This document shows positions 44,001 to 54,817 of a stretch of 64,000 bases of DNA, piece after piece. Source of the stretch: a virus; IMG/VR virus record IMGVR_UViG_3300049436_000052, positions 233,433 through 297,432 of that record. The stretch is one strand, 5' to 3'. Within the stretch, counting starts at the first letter, position 1, and each line of letters opens with the position of its first letter. Both the position numbers and the translations under genes were made by a program. The notes beneath the pieces were generated by a model, which had not been told where the DNA came from, ran no database searches, and saw only the letters and a program-made list of their open reading frames with translations.

Positions 44001-45411
44001 ATGGGTTTGATGATTTTAACTAAAGTATTTTCCATAAAATAGTTTTAAAATAAATAGTTAAACAATAGACAATAATACATTCAAAAAAATATAAATATGA
44101 ATAATATTTTAACCGGAAATCTTCTTAATTCTTTATCTGATGAACTTATCGATAAATTCCTTTGGTTTAATACCAAACCACATTTTTATTACGATCTATA
44201 TCTTGAAATGAGTAATATATTATATTCAGAAATTTCTGAAAAAACTATTGAATTAGATAATGCAATTTCTGCCGCTTTTAACCAAATAAATTTTATCCAA
44301 TGAAAAAAATAGATGAATTATTTTTTGATAGCGATTTAACAAAAAATCTTCTTGATGGAATTTTAGATAGTTTAATTGATAGTTTTTTTATATATTCTTT
44401 GCGCACTGTTTGCATTGATAGGGATTTACAAAAAGAATTAAATAAATTAATAATTGATGAAATGAGGAATAATGACGATCAATTAAACGGAGCGTTTGAC
44501 AATACAATATATTTTTTACCAAATAACGAATTCTAAAACATGAATAATTTAGAAAATATACTTTTAAATAAATTAAATGATGAACTTATTGATAATTATG
44601 CTATTTTTTATTTACCTAATAACTTGTTAGAAGAAAAAGTTTATGTAGAATTGATAATATTGGTGAGAGATGAAATGGAAACTCTTGATGATATGTTAGT
44701 TATTGACTCTTAATTCTTTTGAAATTAAATCTGTAACATCATCCAGTATGTAGTGATTAAATTCTAGGTTATTGAAAATAAAATGCCTTACTAGAACATC
44801 GGTTTTTTTCTCTATTGAAGAATTAAATTTTTCATGTATTTTAACACAAATTTTATCTAATCTATTACAAATCTTTAAAATATTTCTTTTATGAGGGAAT
44901 TTCATTTTGACATATAATTATTTCAAGAATTATTATCTTTTTTCCATTTATTAAAAATTTCTATTTGCCTTTTTGTTAATTCTTCAGCCTTTTCTGATAT
45001 TTTTCTTAAAAGATTATTTTCTTCTTCGTTAGTTTCGTCCCACATTTTATCTTCACGATAACCCAAATAAGATAATAAATCAATAAACATCATTTCATTT
45101 GAAGTTTTTAATTTACTTTCTAGTGGAATGCTTTTCATCAAATCTTCTATTAATTTTGATGTATATTCTTTGGGTTTAGGAATCTTTTTCATTATTATAT
45201 AACATTAACATTAAATCATGTTCAAAATCTATTTTTAGTAAATCACCAATTTCTAAAAAAAGTCTTCTACTAACCTCATAAAAGAAATCTTTATCCTTCA
45301 TAGTAGTAAAATATTTACATTTTTTTAAAACTTTTTGACGTGTTTTAATGCTATTAGTTTTAAGTAAAGCAAGTGTTGAAGAATCAATGTGGTTAAAATT
45401 CATAGCATATT

Positions 45412-46053
45412 CTATTTTAAATCATAAAATGGATAATTTTCTGAAAACGATGATGAAATTGTAATCATATATAAACCATTATCTGATTTAAATATAATTG
45501 CACCATCATTCCATCCAGCAATATGACTAAAATCTTTACAGTCAAAATAGGTTAAGATATTTAATAAACTTCTAAAATATTTAATTTTAAATTTAATTGA
45601 ATTAATAGTAAATATCTCTTCATCACGTGGGACTAAATTATCAATTTCTTTATAAATTCCAGTTCCATTACAATTTTTACAATCGTTTGTATGTCCACAA
45701 ACATTACACGAAATCTTACCAGTTCCATCACATGATTCACAGTCAATAATTTCTTTTGTTTTTGGACATTTATCAATTATTTCCTGAAGAGTTTCGGTTT
45801 TTATTGTAAATGGGTGGTTTATATGTGTATGATTTAGTAAATTAGTTATTTTAATTGCAGCATCTTCATCTAAAAATGAAATTTCATCAATATCTGGATC
45901 TGAAACAATATCTAATGGAAATAACCAAATAACTGTAGTGTTCGTTGCACCAATATATTTAATATCGTTCCATATAATAAAGAATGGTTGTGAATATTCT
46001 ACATGATGTGAATTCTGTTCTACACAATATTTTTTTAAAAATTTTATAATCAT
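45412..46053 (-). CDS. protein with DnaJ-type zinc finger
   Basis: CESCDGTG...CNVCG...CKNCNGTG. Confidence 0.7.
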   Translation of the reverse strand: MIIKFLKKYCVEQNSHHVEYSQPFFIIWNDIKYIGATNTTVIWLFPLDIVSDPDIDEISFLDEDAAIKITNLLNHTHINHPFTIKTETLQEIIDKCPKTKEIIDCESCDGTGKISCNVCGHTNDCKNCNGTGIYKEIDNLVPRDEEIFTINSIKFKIKYFRSLLNILTYFDCKDFSHIAGWNDGAIIFKSDNGLYMITISSSFSENYPFYDLK

Positions 46054-47296
46054 AATTTAATTATAGATAAAAAATAAATGTTTTATTAAAAATAATGACC
46101 AAATGTTTTTATTTTCTCAAGAATGTTTGTATTATTACTTTCTTTGATTTTATTAATCAAAGGTTTGTGCACTTGTTTGAATTCACCATTATATAATTTT
46201 ATTAAATAAATATCGTTTCTTTTAATTTCGTGAATTCTTCCTATTAATGGAATATGATTAGAATATTGATAGCATTGAACTTCGTCACCAATATTTATTT
46301 TATTCGAATTATTCTTCAACATCATTATATGAATTTATTTCTTATTATTTCTTTTAATCTTTTTAAAAAAGAGGTTGATGAATTATTAATTTTAGATAAA
46401 ATTTCTTCAATTTCTTTTTCCATGCCAGAAATTACATAATTTGCTTTTTCAAGTTCTTCTCCAAGCAATTTATTGTCTTTGGTTAATTCATTAATTGCTT
46501 CGTTTGTAGTGTAGTAGGCGTCTTTTAGAATATGAATACCTCCAAAAAAACTATTACTTTGTTTAACATTAGCAAAATAAACCTTACCATCAATTATTTG
46601 TTTTTTAAATTCTTTAAGTTCCTTTAATAATTCTCTGTCTTTTAGATATTCGCTAAGACTTATTGTTACTTTATTTTCTTCCATAATTCTTTTTATTACC
46701 TTTATTATTATTTTTAGATTCTTTTTTATTTATAAATGTTTTATATTCAACTTTACATTTTGGACATAAGATTCTTTTCTTTACATCTAGGACATTTGTA
46801 GCTTTTGTTTTAAAATAAACTTTATGTAATTTACAATAAATTATTACATGACTATAATTTGATTTGTACTTACATTTATCAAAACCACAATATTTTCCCC
46901 GTAGCTCAATTCCTTTTTCAATATATTCTTTATTTGACGAATATTGAATTAATTTAACTAAAGACGATAGTGCAAATATAAGAATAATTAATGGAATTAT
47001 ATAATATAAAATAGCTCTTTTCATTTATCTAAGTTTAAAAAAAATTTCAAAATTAAACAATAAATTCGATAACCAATATAAAGACCAGTTAATTCGATAC
47101 AGAGAATCATATTGTGAAATAAATCAAAGGGTTTGATGATTATTAAAACCAATGCCCAAACAATCACTACCAATATTAAATGTTTCATAATTATTAAATT
47201 AAATTCATAACTAATATTTTCATCTTTTTCTTTTAAAGAATCAAAATGTAAATCTTCTAATTTCATTATATTATACGAATTTATTCAATAATTGTT

Positions 47297-48013
47297 TCAT
47301 CTTTTAATTATTTTTAACATCTCATAAAAGGCTTTGGAGAACATAAACGGAATATTTCTCAAATCGGCAAAACCATAAAATCCTGTTGAATAGAACCTAT
47401 GGCATTCAATTATAAACGTGTGTTGGTAATTAACCCCTACATCTAACGAATATGCAATTGGAGCATCATTGTATTCAATTATCATTTCTTTAATTAAATT
47501 AATATCTGGAAATATTGTAAAATCCCCTAGATAATTCTGAAGTCCAACTAATTTGTTTTCATAAACAAACGCTCGCCATTCTGATTGAATATCAATAACA
47601 TCTGAAATTTGGTAATTTCCTTGAGGAATGTCTTTTATATTGTTTTCGTCATAGATGCCAGTAAAATCAACATCATTTATTTTAAATTTGATAATATCAT
47701 TTGATTTAACGAATTTCTTTCCATAAATATCTTTTTCAGTTCCGTTGATAACGTTTCTTCTGGTGAATTTATAGTGATTTATTGAATCTGGAATATTTAA
47801 CGGTTTCAATTTTATGTTAAAATATGTTAAAAGATAATTTTCAACGAATTCGATCGATCCTATTGGAATGTAATTAGGAAATAATTTCTCATCCGTTAAT
47901 TTAAATTTAATAGAATTTGGTTTGAGCCAATTATTAAATTCAATTGCTTTTAATAAGGTAAAAGCAAATTCATGTTCAATCTTTTTATTGATAGTTTGTA
48001 TTAGGAATTTCAT
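47297..48013 (-). CDS. ATP-grasp domain protein (R2K/DUF4343-like)
   Basis: PIGSIEFV, FVKS, SEWRAFV, AYSLDVGV, IIECH. Confidence 0.75.
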   Translation of the reverse strand: MKFLIQTINKKIEHEFAFTLLKAIEFNNWLKPNSIKFKLTDEKLFPNYIPIGSIEFVENYLLTYFNIKLKPLNIPDSINHYKFTRRNVINGTEKDIYGKKFVKSNDIIKFKINDVDFTGIYDENNIKDIPQGNYQISDVIDIQSEWRAFVYENKLVGLQNYLGDFTIFPDINLIKEMIIEYNDAPIAYSLDVGVNYQHTFIIECHRFYSTGFYGFADLRNIPFMFSKAFYEMLKIIKR

Positions 48014-48077
48014 GTTAAAATTTTAATACAAAAATACAAAAAAATATTTAATTAATCTATTATATAACTAATAAGAT

Positions 48078-50180
48078 TTAAATCATTTCTAATTCTTTTT
48101 TTATTAATTTAATAATATGTTCTTTAATATTAAAAGGAATTTCTGATTGATCAATATAATTCTTTAGGGATTTAATTGGAATTTTTACTTTTTTAGATGG
48201 TTTCTTATCATCCTTGTATTCAATTGTTGCATTAATATATGGTTCATTATTTTCAGAATTATTAACTACATTATTAATAAATAATGTTCCATTTTTCATT
48301 TCCTTTTGAGCAAAACTATTCCTTGTATCTACAAAGTCAAATTTTAATCTTTTTAACTCATTATCGACTTCAGTACTTATTTTTGAATCCACATAATATT
48401 CACTATCTGGATCATCAAGATCATTAAGAATCTTAACCAATTCGTCATTAATTTTACGATTAAGATTATCATAATCTGCATTATTCCATCCAGCTTCAGA
48501 AACAGTATCTATTGAAAAATCTGGAAGATTGTTTTTTATTTGGTCGATAAGATCATCAAATGTCATTGCATTAATTTCATTATTAACCACATATTCAACC
48601 ATATCATCAATTACAAATTTAACATTATTGTCATTATCAAAATCAAACGGTATTTTACTCATTTGGTTATTTGCTTCTTTAATTTCTGCTTCATTGTGTG
48701 CCAATTCAAGTTCTCCTAAATAAACATCTTTTATATCATCTAATTCATATTTTTCGATGAAATTTTTAATTGCACCATCTTCATCATCAAAATCATTAAT
48801 TTTTGTTCTATCATAACCAAAATTCTTTGCAATATCTTTTAATAGATTGAGATTATCGTCATTTAAATAATTCTTTATATAATTCAATTCTTCTTCGTCT
48901 GAATAATAGCCCATATTATATGCATCTTGTTCAGACATTCCTTGTATCCAATTAAAATCACTATAATCAATATCAAAATATTCAATTATTTCTTTTGGTG
49001 TTAATCCAATATAAACATTATTATCAAGAACTTCAACTTTACTCTCATCACCATATTCAGTAACAATATTGCTACTTTGAATTGATGTAATTAATAAATC
49101 AGGTTCATTTTCACCATTTTTTATAACAGACATAATAGAATCTGAAGTATTGGAAATTGCATCAACTAACTTCTTTTTATATTCTACAATATAATTATTA
49201 AAAATATCAAAATTTAAATTTTTTTCTTTAACAATTTTATCTAAATTTGTTTGTCTATCATCTTTTAAATGTGTGGTTGAATGTTCTGGATTTTTTTGAT
49301 CGTATGCAGTTCCAACCAAATAATTAACATTTTCTGCTGGATAATTGAAGTCCCAAATAAAAAAATAATAATTTTTACCTGCTTTATATTGTTTCCAATA
49401 TGAAAAATCTCTTGTAATACACCAATTAGTTGTACATCCTAAAGTTTTAGATGCTTCAAAACTTTTTATCGAAGCAATAATTATATTAGTTTCAGAATTG
49501 TTATAAATAATATCAGCACCACTTGTATTATTAATTTTTTCTTGAATTGAATTAAAATCTTCTTTATTTTCAATACTATTAATATAATTTCTTAAATTAC
49601 TAATAAATGTTCGAATATCTTTATAACCTGAAACTTTTTTTATGAAAAAATTTTGCTGTTCTGGTGTTAAAATAGTGTTATATTTATTTGCCAATTCTTT
49701 TAATCCTTGTTTTTCAAGTTCAGAAAGTGTTGCATATTGTTGTTTTAATGTTGTTGACAATTCATTGTATAATCTTTTCAATTGTCGCATACTCTCCATA
49801 TCATCTAAATCTCGTTTTAATTCACGATAATTAGCATATGTTACAACTGGTTTTGGTAAACGAGTAATGTGTTGTTTATTTTGAATTAAATAATCATGTA
49901 ATTTTTGAATATCGCTAAGTGGCATTCTTTCATTAACTAGAAACTTTGTTAATAAATGCGTATAGCCATCACCTTTAGTAATATTATTAATAGAATCCAA
50001 TATCTCTTTTCCCTTTTGATTATTAGTAGGATCTAAATTCTTTTCTTTTAAGAATTTTATTGCTTGGTTTGGATTTTCAAACAATAATCCTTCTTGTAGA
50101 TAATATTGTGAAGGATTTGATTTCAATACAATATTTAAAATTTCATTTAATCTATTCATAACTTTAACATTAATTAACAA
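48078..50180 (-). CDS. large hypothetical protein (possibly virion-internal)
   Basis: 700 aa; GCTTNWCIT motif, acidic C-terminal half; virion role is inference only. Confidence 0.6.
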   Translation of the reverse strand: MLINVKVMNRLNEILNIVLKSNPSQYYLQEGLLFENPNQAIKFLKEKNLDPTNNQKGKEILDSINNITKGDGYTHLLTKFLVNERMPLSDIQKLHDYLIQNKQHITRLPKPVVTYANYRELKRDLDDMESMRQLKRLYNELSTTLKQQYATLSELEKQGLKELANKYNTILTPEQQNFFIKKVSGYKDIRTFISNLRNYINSIENKEDFNSIQEKINNTSGADIIYNNSETNIIIASIKSFEASKTLGCTTNWCITRDFSYWKQYKAGKNYYFFIWDFNYPAENVNYLVGTAYDQKNPEHSTTHLKDDRQTNLDKIVKEKNLNFDIFNNYIVEYKKKLVDAISNTSDSIMSVIKNGENEPDLLITSIQSSNIVTEYGDESKVEVLDNNVYIGLTPKEIIEYFDIDYSDFNWIQGMSEQDAYNMGYYSDEEELNYIKNYLNDDNLNLLKDIAKNFGYDRTKINDFDDEDGAIKNFIEKYELDDIKDVYLGELELAHNEAEIKEANNQMSKIPFDFDNDNNVKFVIDDMVEYVVNNEINAMTFDDLIDQIKNNLPDFSIDTVSEAGWNNADYDNLNRKINDELVKILNDLDDPDSEYYVDSKISTEVDNELKRLKFDFVDTRNSFAQKEMKNGTLFINNVVNNSENNEPYINATIEYKDDKKPSKKVKIPIKSLKNYIDQSEIPFNIKEHIIKLIKKELEMI

Positions 50181-50257
50181 TAAATACTGAAAATTTTTAT
50201 AACAAATTTAGTTTTTTTTCGTATAATATAATAAATAATATTTAAAAATTTGTTCAT

Positions 50258-50686
50258 ATGCCAAACGGTAAAACGCACGATATTATAGCCTTTGTAACAA
50301 CACCAATAGTTGTAGGAATAGCCTATTATGTTACTACAGACATTAAATCCACTACTATTTTAATGTTTACATATCTTTTCGCCTCATTTATGTTCAATGG
50401 TGATTTAGATATGAATAGTAGGCCATATAATCGTTGGTGGTTGTTAAAGATGATCTGGATACCCTACCAATTACTATTTTATCACAGATCAGTGTTTACT
50501 CATGGGATTGTTATTGGAACAGTTGTTAGATTATTATATCTTGGAATAATTCCTATTATAATATTGACAATTAATGGAGATTTGATAAATATTATTTCAA
50601 CTTTGGATGTTAATATAACATTAACAATATTACTAGGTTTGGAATTAGGATCTATTGTCCATACAATATCTGATAAGATGTTTTAG
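50258..50686 (+). CDS. DUF2227 metal-binding membrane protein
   Basis: MPNGKTHD, DLD, HRS..THG, H...D. Confidence 0.8.
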   Translation: MPNGKTHDIIAFVTTPIVVGIAYYVTTDIKSTTILMFTYLFASFMFNGDLDMNSRPYNRWWLLKMIWIPYQLLFYHRSVFTHGIVIGTVVRLLYLGIIPIIILTINGDLINIISTLDVNITLTILLGLELGSIVHTISDKMF

Positions 50687-51232
50687 TTACAATATATCAT
50701 TTTGTCTTTTTTGAACAATCATAGTAATTTCAAAATTACCATCATTTAATCTTCCTTCTAAATATGTATGAAGTTCAAAACCATCTTTGATTATTTTATC
50801 CAATTCTTCATTGATTTGAGATTCTGTAAAGAATCCATTAATCCTTTTATATTTAATACTTCTTTCCATAATTAATCGTTTAAATTGGTTTTATAAAAAA
50901 ATTCTTTTTTAAATAAATAAACAAAACCCTCATCTTTATCATAATCACTTGACGAAAATTCCAATTCGTTTACATAGTCTTGATAATTTTTCTTATGGAA
51001 ATCAACAAAATCGTCAATTATATCACATATTTCATCATTCTTAGTTAATATTGAACGAATCTCAGGAAATTTTAATAAAAATACTATCCATGATTTTAGA
51101 TCAATAGATAAATCATTATGTTTCTCTTTAATATAACTTATTCCAATTTCAAAGATATTTGCTAGTTGTTCTTTATTTTCACAACTTTTAATGAATTCGA
51201 AAAGTGGAAAATATTTTTTTACTAAATCAATT

Positions 51233-52312
51233 TTATTTGTTGAAACGATCATAACTATTTTTTGTTATTTTACAAAAATTAACTTTTCCTATAAAATTAT
51301 CAAGTGTTTTACAATTACAGTATGACATTGCACTTCTAAGATAATGATTAAAATTCTCTACCCATCCATTTAAAGTATATTCAACATTCCGAACTCTATG
51401 TACGCCTTCAGAAGTTTTTATAATTGTCTTTCCTAGTGCCTTTTGAACTGCTTTAGTTGACATACCTCTATAATGTTTTTTTATCGTAAAACCTTTTTTA
51501 AAAAGAAATCTGGCTATTTTAATATTTATTCTAAATTTCCAAATATAGTTAGGAGCACAACTTTCAATTGCTTTGTTAAATATAGAACCAATCATAACAT
51601 AATCAGAACCAAGACCAATCGATTTTATAATATCAGAATAATCTTTTATTCCACCATCTACAATTATTTTAGGTAAAACAAGATCAGGATTTTCTCCAAT
51701 TAATCTCTTTTTTATTTCATTAATTTCATAAACTAACGAACCTAATGGCATATAAACACCCGTTTGTTTGGCGCTTAAACAGCTTTGTCCACCACCAATA
51801 CCTAGTCTAATGTAGTTGACACACTCATTTTTAACATACCATTCATACGTTTCTGGATTAGCAATATTTCCTACCATAATAACAATATCTGGTCTTAAAC
51901 GCTTGATTTCGGTACAATAATCAACGATTTTTTGCATATGTCCATTTGCTATATCGATAAGAATATGGGCGTTTTCGTGAAAACTTTTTGATTTATCTTT
52001 TATTAGGTTTCTGGTTAGATGATAATCCAAATCATTAAAACCAAAACTGGTAAAAACTGTTTGATATTTCTGAGGATTCTTATCATAAAGCTTTCTTAAA
52101 TCTTCATATTTAACAGTTCTGGGAAGAACAACATTAATATTGTTTTCAAGAAAAACATCTATATTACTTAAATCTACAACAGTATCCATTGGTGCTGTAA
52201 ACAATGGATAGTTTTTTGGTAGTGAAATATCATCATACCTACTATTGATATGCGTTTTTTTGCTAGGGATAATTACAATGTCATTAAAATCAAATTTTTC
52301 TTCAAGAACCAT
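51233..52312 (-). CDS. guaC: GMP reductase (IMPDH/GMPR family)
   Basis: TAPMDTV, IDIANGH, GIGGGQSC, DGGI, YRGMS, SEG, LRSAMSY; no CBS domains. Confidence 0.8.
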   Translation of the reverse strand: MVLEEKFDFNDIVIIPSKKTHINSRYDDISLPKNYPLFTAPMDTVVDLSNIDVFLENNINVVLPRTVKYEDLRKLYDKNPQKYQTVFTSFGFNDLDYHLTRNLIKDKSKSFHENAHILIDIANGHMQKIVDYCTEIKRLRPDIVIMVGNIANPETYEWYVKNECVNYIRLGIGGGQSCLSAKQTGVYMPLGSLVYEINEIKKRLIGENPDLVLPKIIVDGGIKDYSDIIKSIGLGSDYVMIGSIFNKAIESCAPNYIWKFRINIKIARFLFKKGFTIKKHYRGMSTKAVQKALGKTIIKTSEGVHRVRNVEYTLNGWVENFNHYLRSAMSYCNCKTLDNFIGKVNFCKITKNSYDRFNK

Positions 52313-52708
52313 GCTTTTAATTATTTTTTAGTTAAAACTACTATTTTTGCTGTGGTTGAATTTTAAAATAAATTGTTGATTTCTTTATTTGGGAATCGGT
52401 AAATATGAAATTGTCTAATTCATTTATCTCATCTAAAAACGCAACCAATATATCTATATCTTCATTACAAGTGTCTTGTAATTGTTCTTCGTTACTAATT
52501 GAATCAAATCCATAATATTCATCAGTTTCATCGTAATTATCATCACAACTTTCATCATCTACTATGTCATAACGATAAAACAAATAATTTTTATGTAAAT
52601 CAATATCACCTTTTAAATCATCAATAACGTTGTTTTGAATCTTATCATATAATTTCTTTATGTCTAACATATTAATATCTATTTAATGAAGTAATTTTTA
52701 TTCTTGCA

Positions 52709-53998
52709 GTGAACTACCCACCCACGCCAGAGGCGATGGATTGAGCTTCATAGGTCATAGACTCACCTAGTGGTAACGCCTCACTATGTTTTTGTTTTGT
52801 GTCCGACTGCATCCCACAAGCAGACAATATGTTTATTCCTTGCTTTAATATGTTATTAGCTGCATTTATATCTCTATCGTGAACTTCACCACAAGATTCG
52901 CAAGTCCATTCTCTTATCGAAAGTGTTAAATCTTGTTTTATCCATCCACAACTTGAACACTTTTTACTGCTTGGAAAGAATCTATCAATCTTAACGAATT
53001 GTCTATCATTCCAATTGGCTTTATATTCAAGCATGGTGTAAAAAGCGCCCAATGAAACATCGCTCATTGCTTGTGCTAAACAATGATTTTTCATTATATT
53101 CTTAACAGCTAAGTCCTCAACTGATATTATATCGTGGTTTTTGATGATTTCAGTTGATACTTTGTGTAAGTAATCTTTTCTAATGTTTGTGATTTGTTCG
53201 TGTACTAATGCAAGTTTTCTTTTTTGCTTATTTCTTGACTGACTTCCTTTTTGTTTTTTAGAAAGTTGTCTTTGCCCATATTTGATTTTCTTTAATTTGG
53301 TTTTAAGTGATTTAATATTCCTATATACTTTACCATCTGAAAGTATAGCAAGTTCTTTTATTCCTGTGTCCACACCAACGGATTTGCCTGTTTTTTCAAA
53401 CGGCTTATATTCTATTTCACAAGTAATTGAAACATAATATTTACCAGTTGTTGATTTTGATATTGTTGCAAACAATGGTTCGCCCCCCATTTGTCTGTGA
53501 AGGTTCAATTTGATTCCTTCTTTAAATTTAGGAATCACAAGTTTATCATCGTCAACAATTACATTTTGTGGTACTTTAAAACTTTGCCTATCATACTTTG
53601 ATTTGAAACGTGGAAACTTATTTTGTTTATTGAAGAAATTCTTGTATGCAATATCTAAGTTTCTAATAGATGCTTGTAATGATTGACTATTCACCTCTTT
53701 TAACCAAATATATTCATCATCTTTTTTCAGTTCAGTTAAAGTCCTTGCATTATCATAATAGTTAAGTGAAGTCTTTTCGTTTAAATACTTCTTTTTACGT
53801 TCATTCAAGAATCTATTAAACACAAATCTACAATGCCCAAAGTGTTTACTCAGCAAAGATTCTTGTTCCTTTGTTGGGTAAATTCTAAACTTATATGATT
53901 TATGTATCTGTGTCATTCTATTATTAGATAGTCTAAAGGTTAGCGTTTATCGCTTACATCCTATTCATGCTAAAGCGATGAATGGGTTTTACGCTCCG
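52709..53998 (-). mobile_element. IS200/IS605-family (tnpB-only) element
   Basis: Left-end hairpin CCCATTCATCGCTTTAGCATGAATAGG; right end GTAGTTCAC; left boundary approximate. Confidence 0.75.
52714..53916 (-). CDS. tnpB: RNA-guided endonuclease TnpB
   Basis: HTH, RuvC D/E/D (GVDTG, VEDL, HDRD), Zn finger; close paralog of 20419..21621. Confidence 0.95.
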   Translation of the reverse strand: MTQIHKSYKFRIYPTKEQESLLSKHFGHCRFVFNRFLNERKKKYLNEKTSLNYYDNARTLTELKKDDEYIWLKEVNSQSLQASIRNLDIAYKNFFNKQNKFPRFKSKYDRQSFKVPQNVIVDDDKLVIPKFKEGIKLNLHRQMGGEPLFATISKSTTGKYYVSITCEIEYKPFEKTGKSVGVDTGIKELAILSDGKVYRNIKSLKTKLKKIKYGQRQLSKKQKGSQSRNKQKRKLALVHEQITNIRKDYLHKVSTEIIKNHDIISVEDLAVKNIMKNHCLAQAMSDVSLGAFYTMLEYKANWNDRQFVKIDRFFPSSKKCSSCGWIKQDLTLSIREWTCESCGEVHDRDINAANNILKQGINILSACGMQSDTKQKHSEALPLGESMTYEAQSIASGVGG

Positions 53999-54817
53999 TT
54001 TTATAAATAGATAAATATTTTAAAAAAACTCATTTATTTTATTTATAATATATTATCATCACTTTTGCATAATTTCACACCCTATGCAATTATGCAAATT
54101 TTATGATAATATATTAATTATAATGTTTTTGTGAAATAAAAAGTTAAATAATCCAATTCCTTTTCTTCTTCAATTGTTAGAGTAAAATTATTTGTTTTTT
54201 TATAAAAAAGATAATCGAACTTTTCTTTTAATCTTTTGTTTCTTTCGATTTCTTTTTGTTTAAAAATTTCAATTTGTTGGTATTCTGAAAATTGTTTTAA
54301 GCCATCACCTTTAAGGAAATTCAATGTTAATATTTCTAATTCAGATGGTTTTCTTTTAAAAAAATTTAAAAATTTTCTTATCATAAATTTATTAATTATT
54401 CTGTTATTTTAACTATTTCCCAATCATATAACTCAGTATCTAAAACTCCCCTGCAATGATAACCATTCGGATCTTTTAAATTATCAGTAATTCCAAAATC
54501 ACCAAATCTTGAAACCATCCAGATCCTAACCTTAGTGTCTTTGGGACATAAATGTTTACCATTTGTTCTAGTTGTCGAATCCCAAACGTTCATCTCAAAT
54601 TCTTTATTGGTAATTGCAAATAATTGAAATTTATGATAAAATAATAACCAACTAGGATCTGTTTTTACTTCAATAGGATATTTTAAATTGAAAACTTCGT
54701 CAAATGTTAATGATTTTCTTTTAAGCGTTTCACCAACATTTAATAATTTCAATGTTTCAACAAATTCTGTATTCTTTTCCATTTTATAGATTATTTAGTA
54801 AAAAAACAAATAATTTC

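Larger units (their letters stand above)
38497..44713 (+). other. minigene array E (~23 ORFs)
   Basis: Short ORFs sharing N-L-x-D-E-L-I...L(Y/F)xEL; TAnnTTTG at 38382 and 39739; interrupted by two minus-strand genes. Confidence 0.8.

Noticed and set aside
9612-44713. Stop-codon recoding as the cause of the many short ORFs
   Set aside because: Minigenes end mostly in TAA and also TGA/TAG, change frame, have their own ATGs and paralogous N-termini; long genes are intact in code 11.
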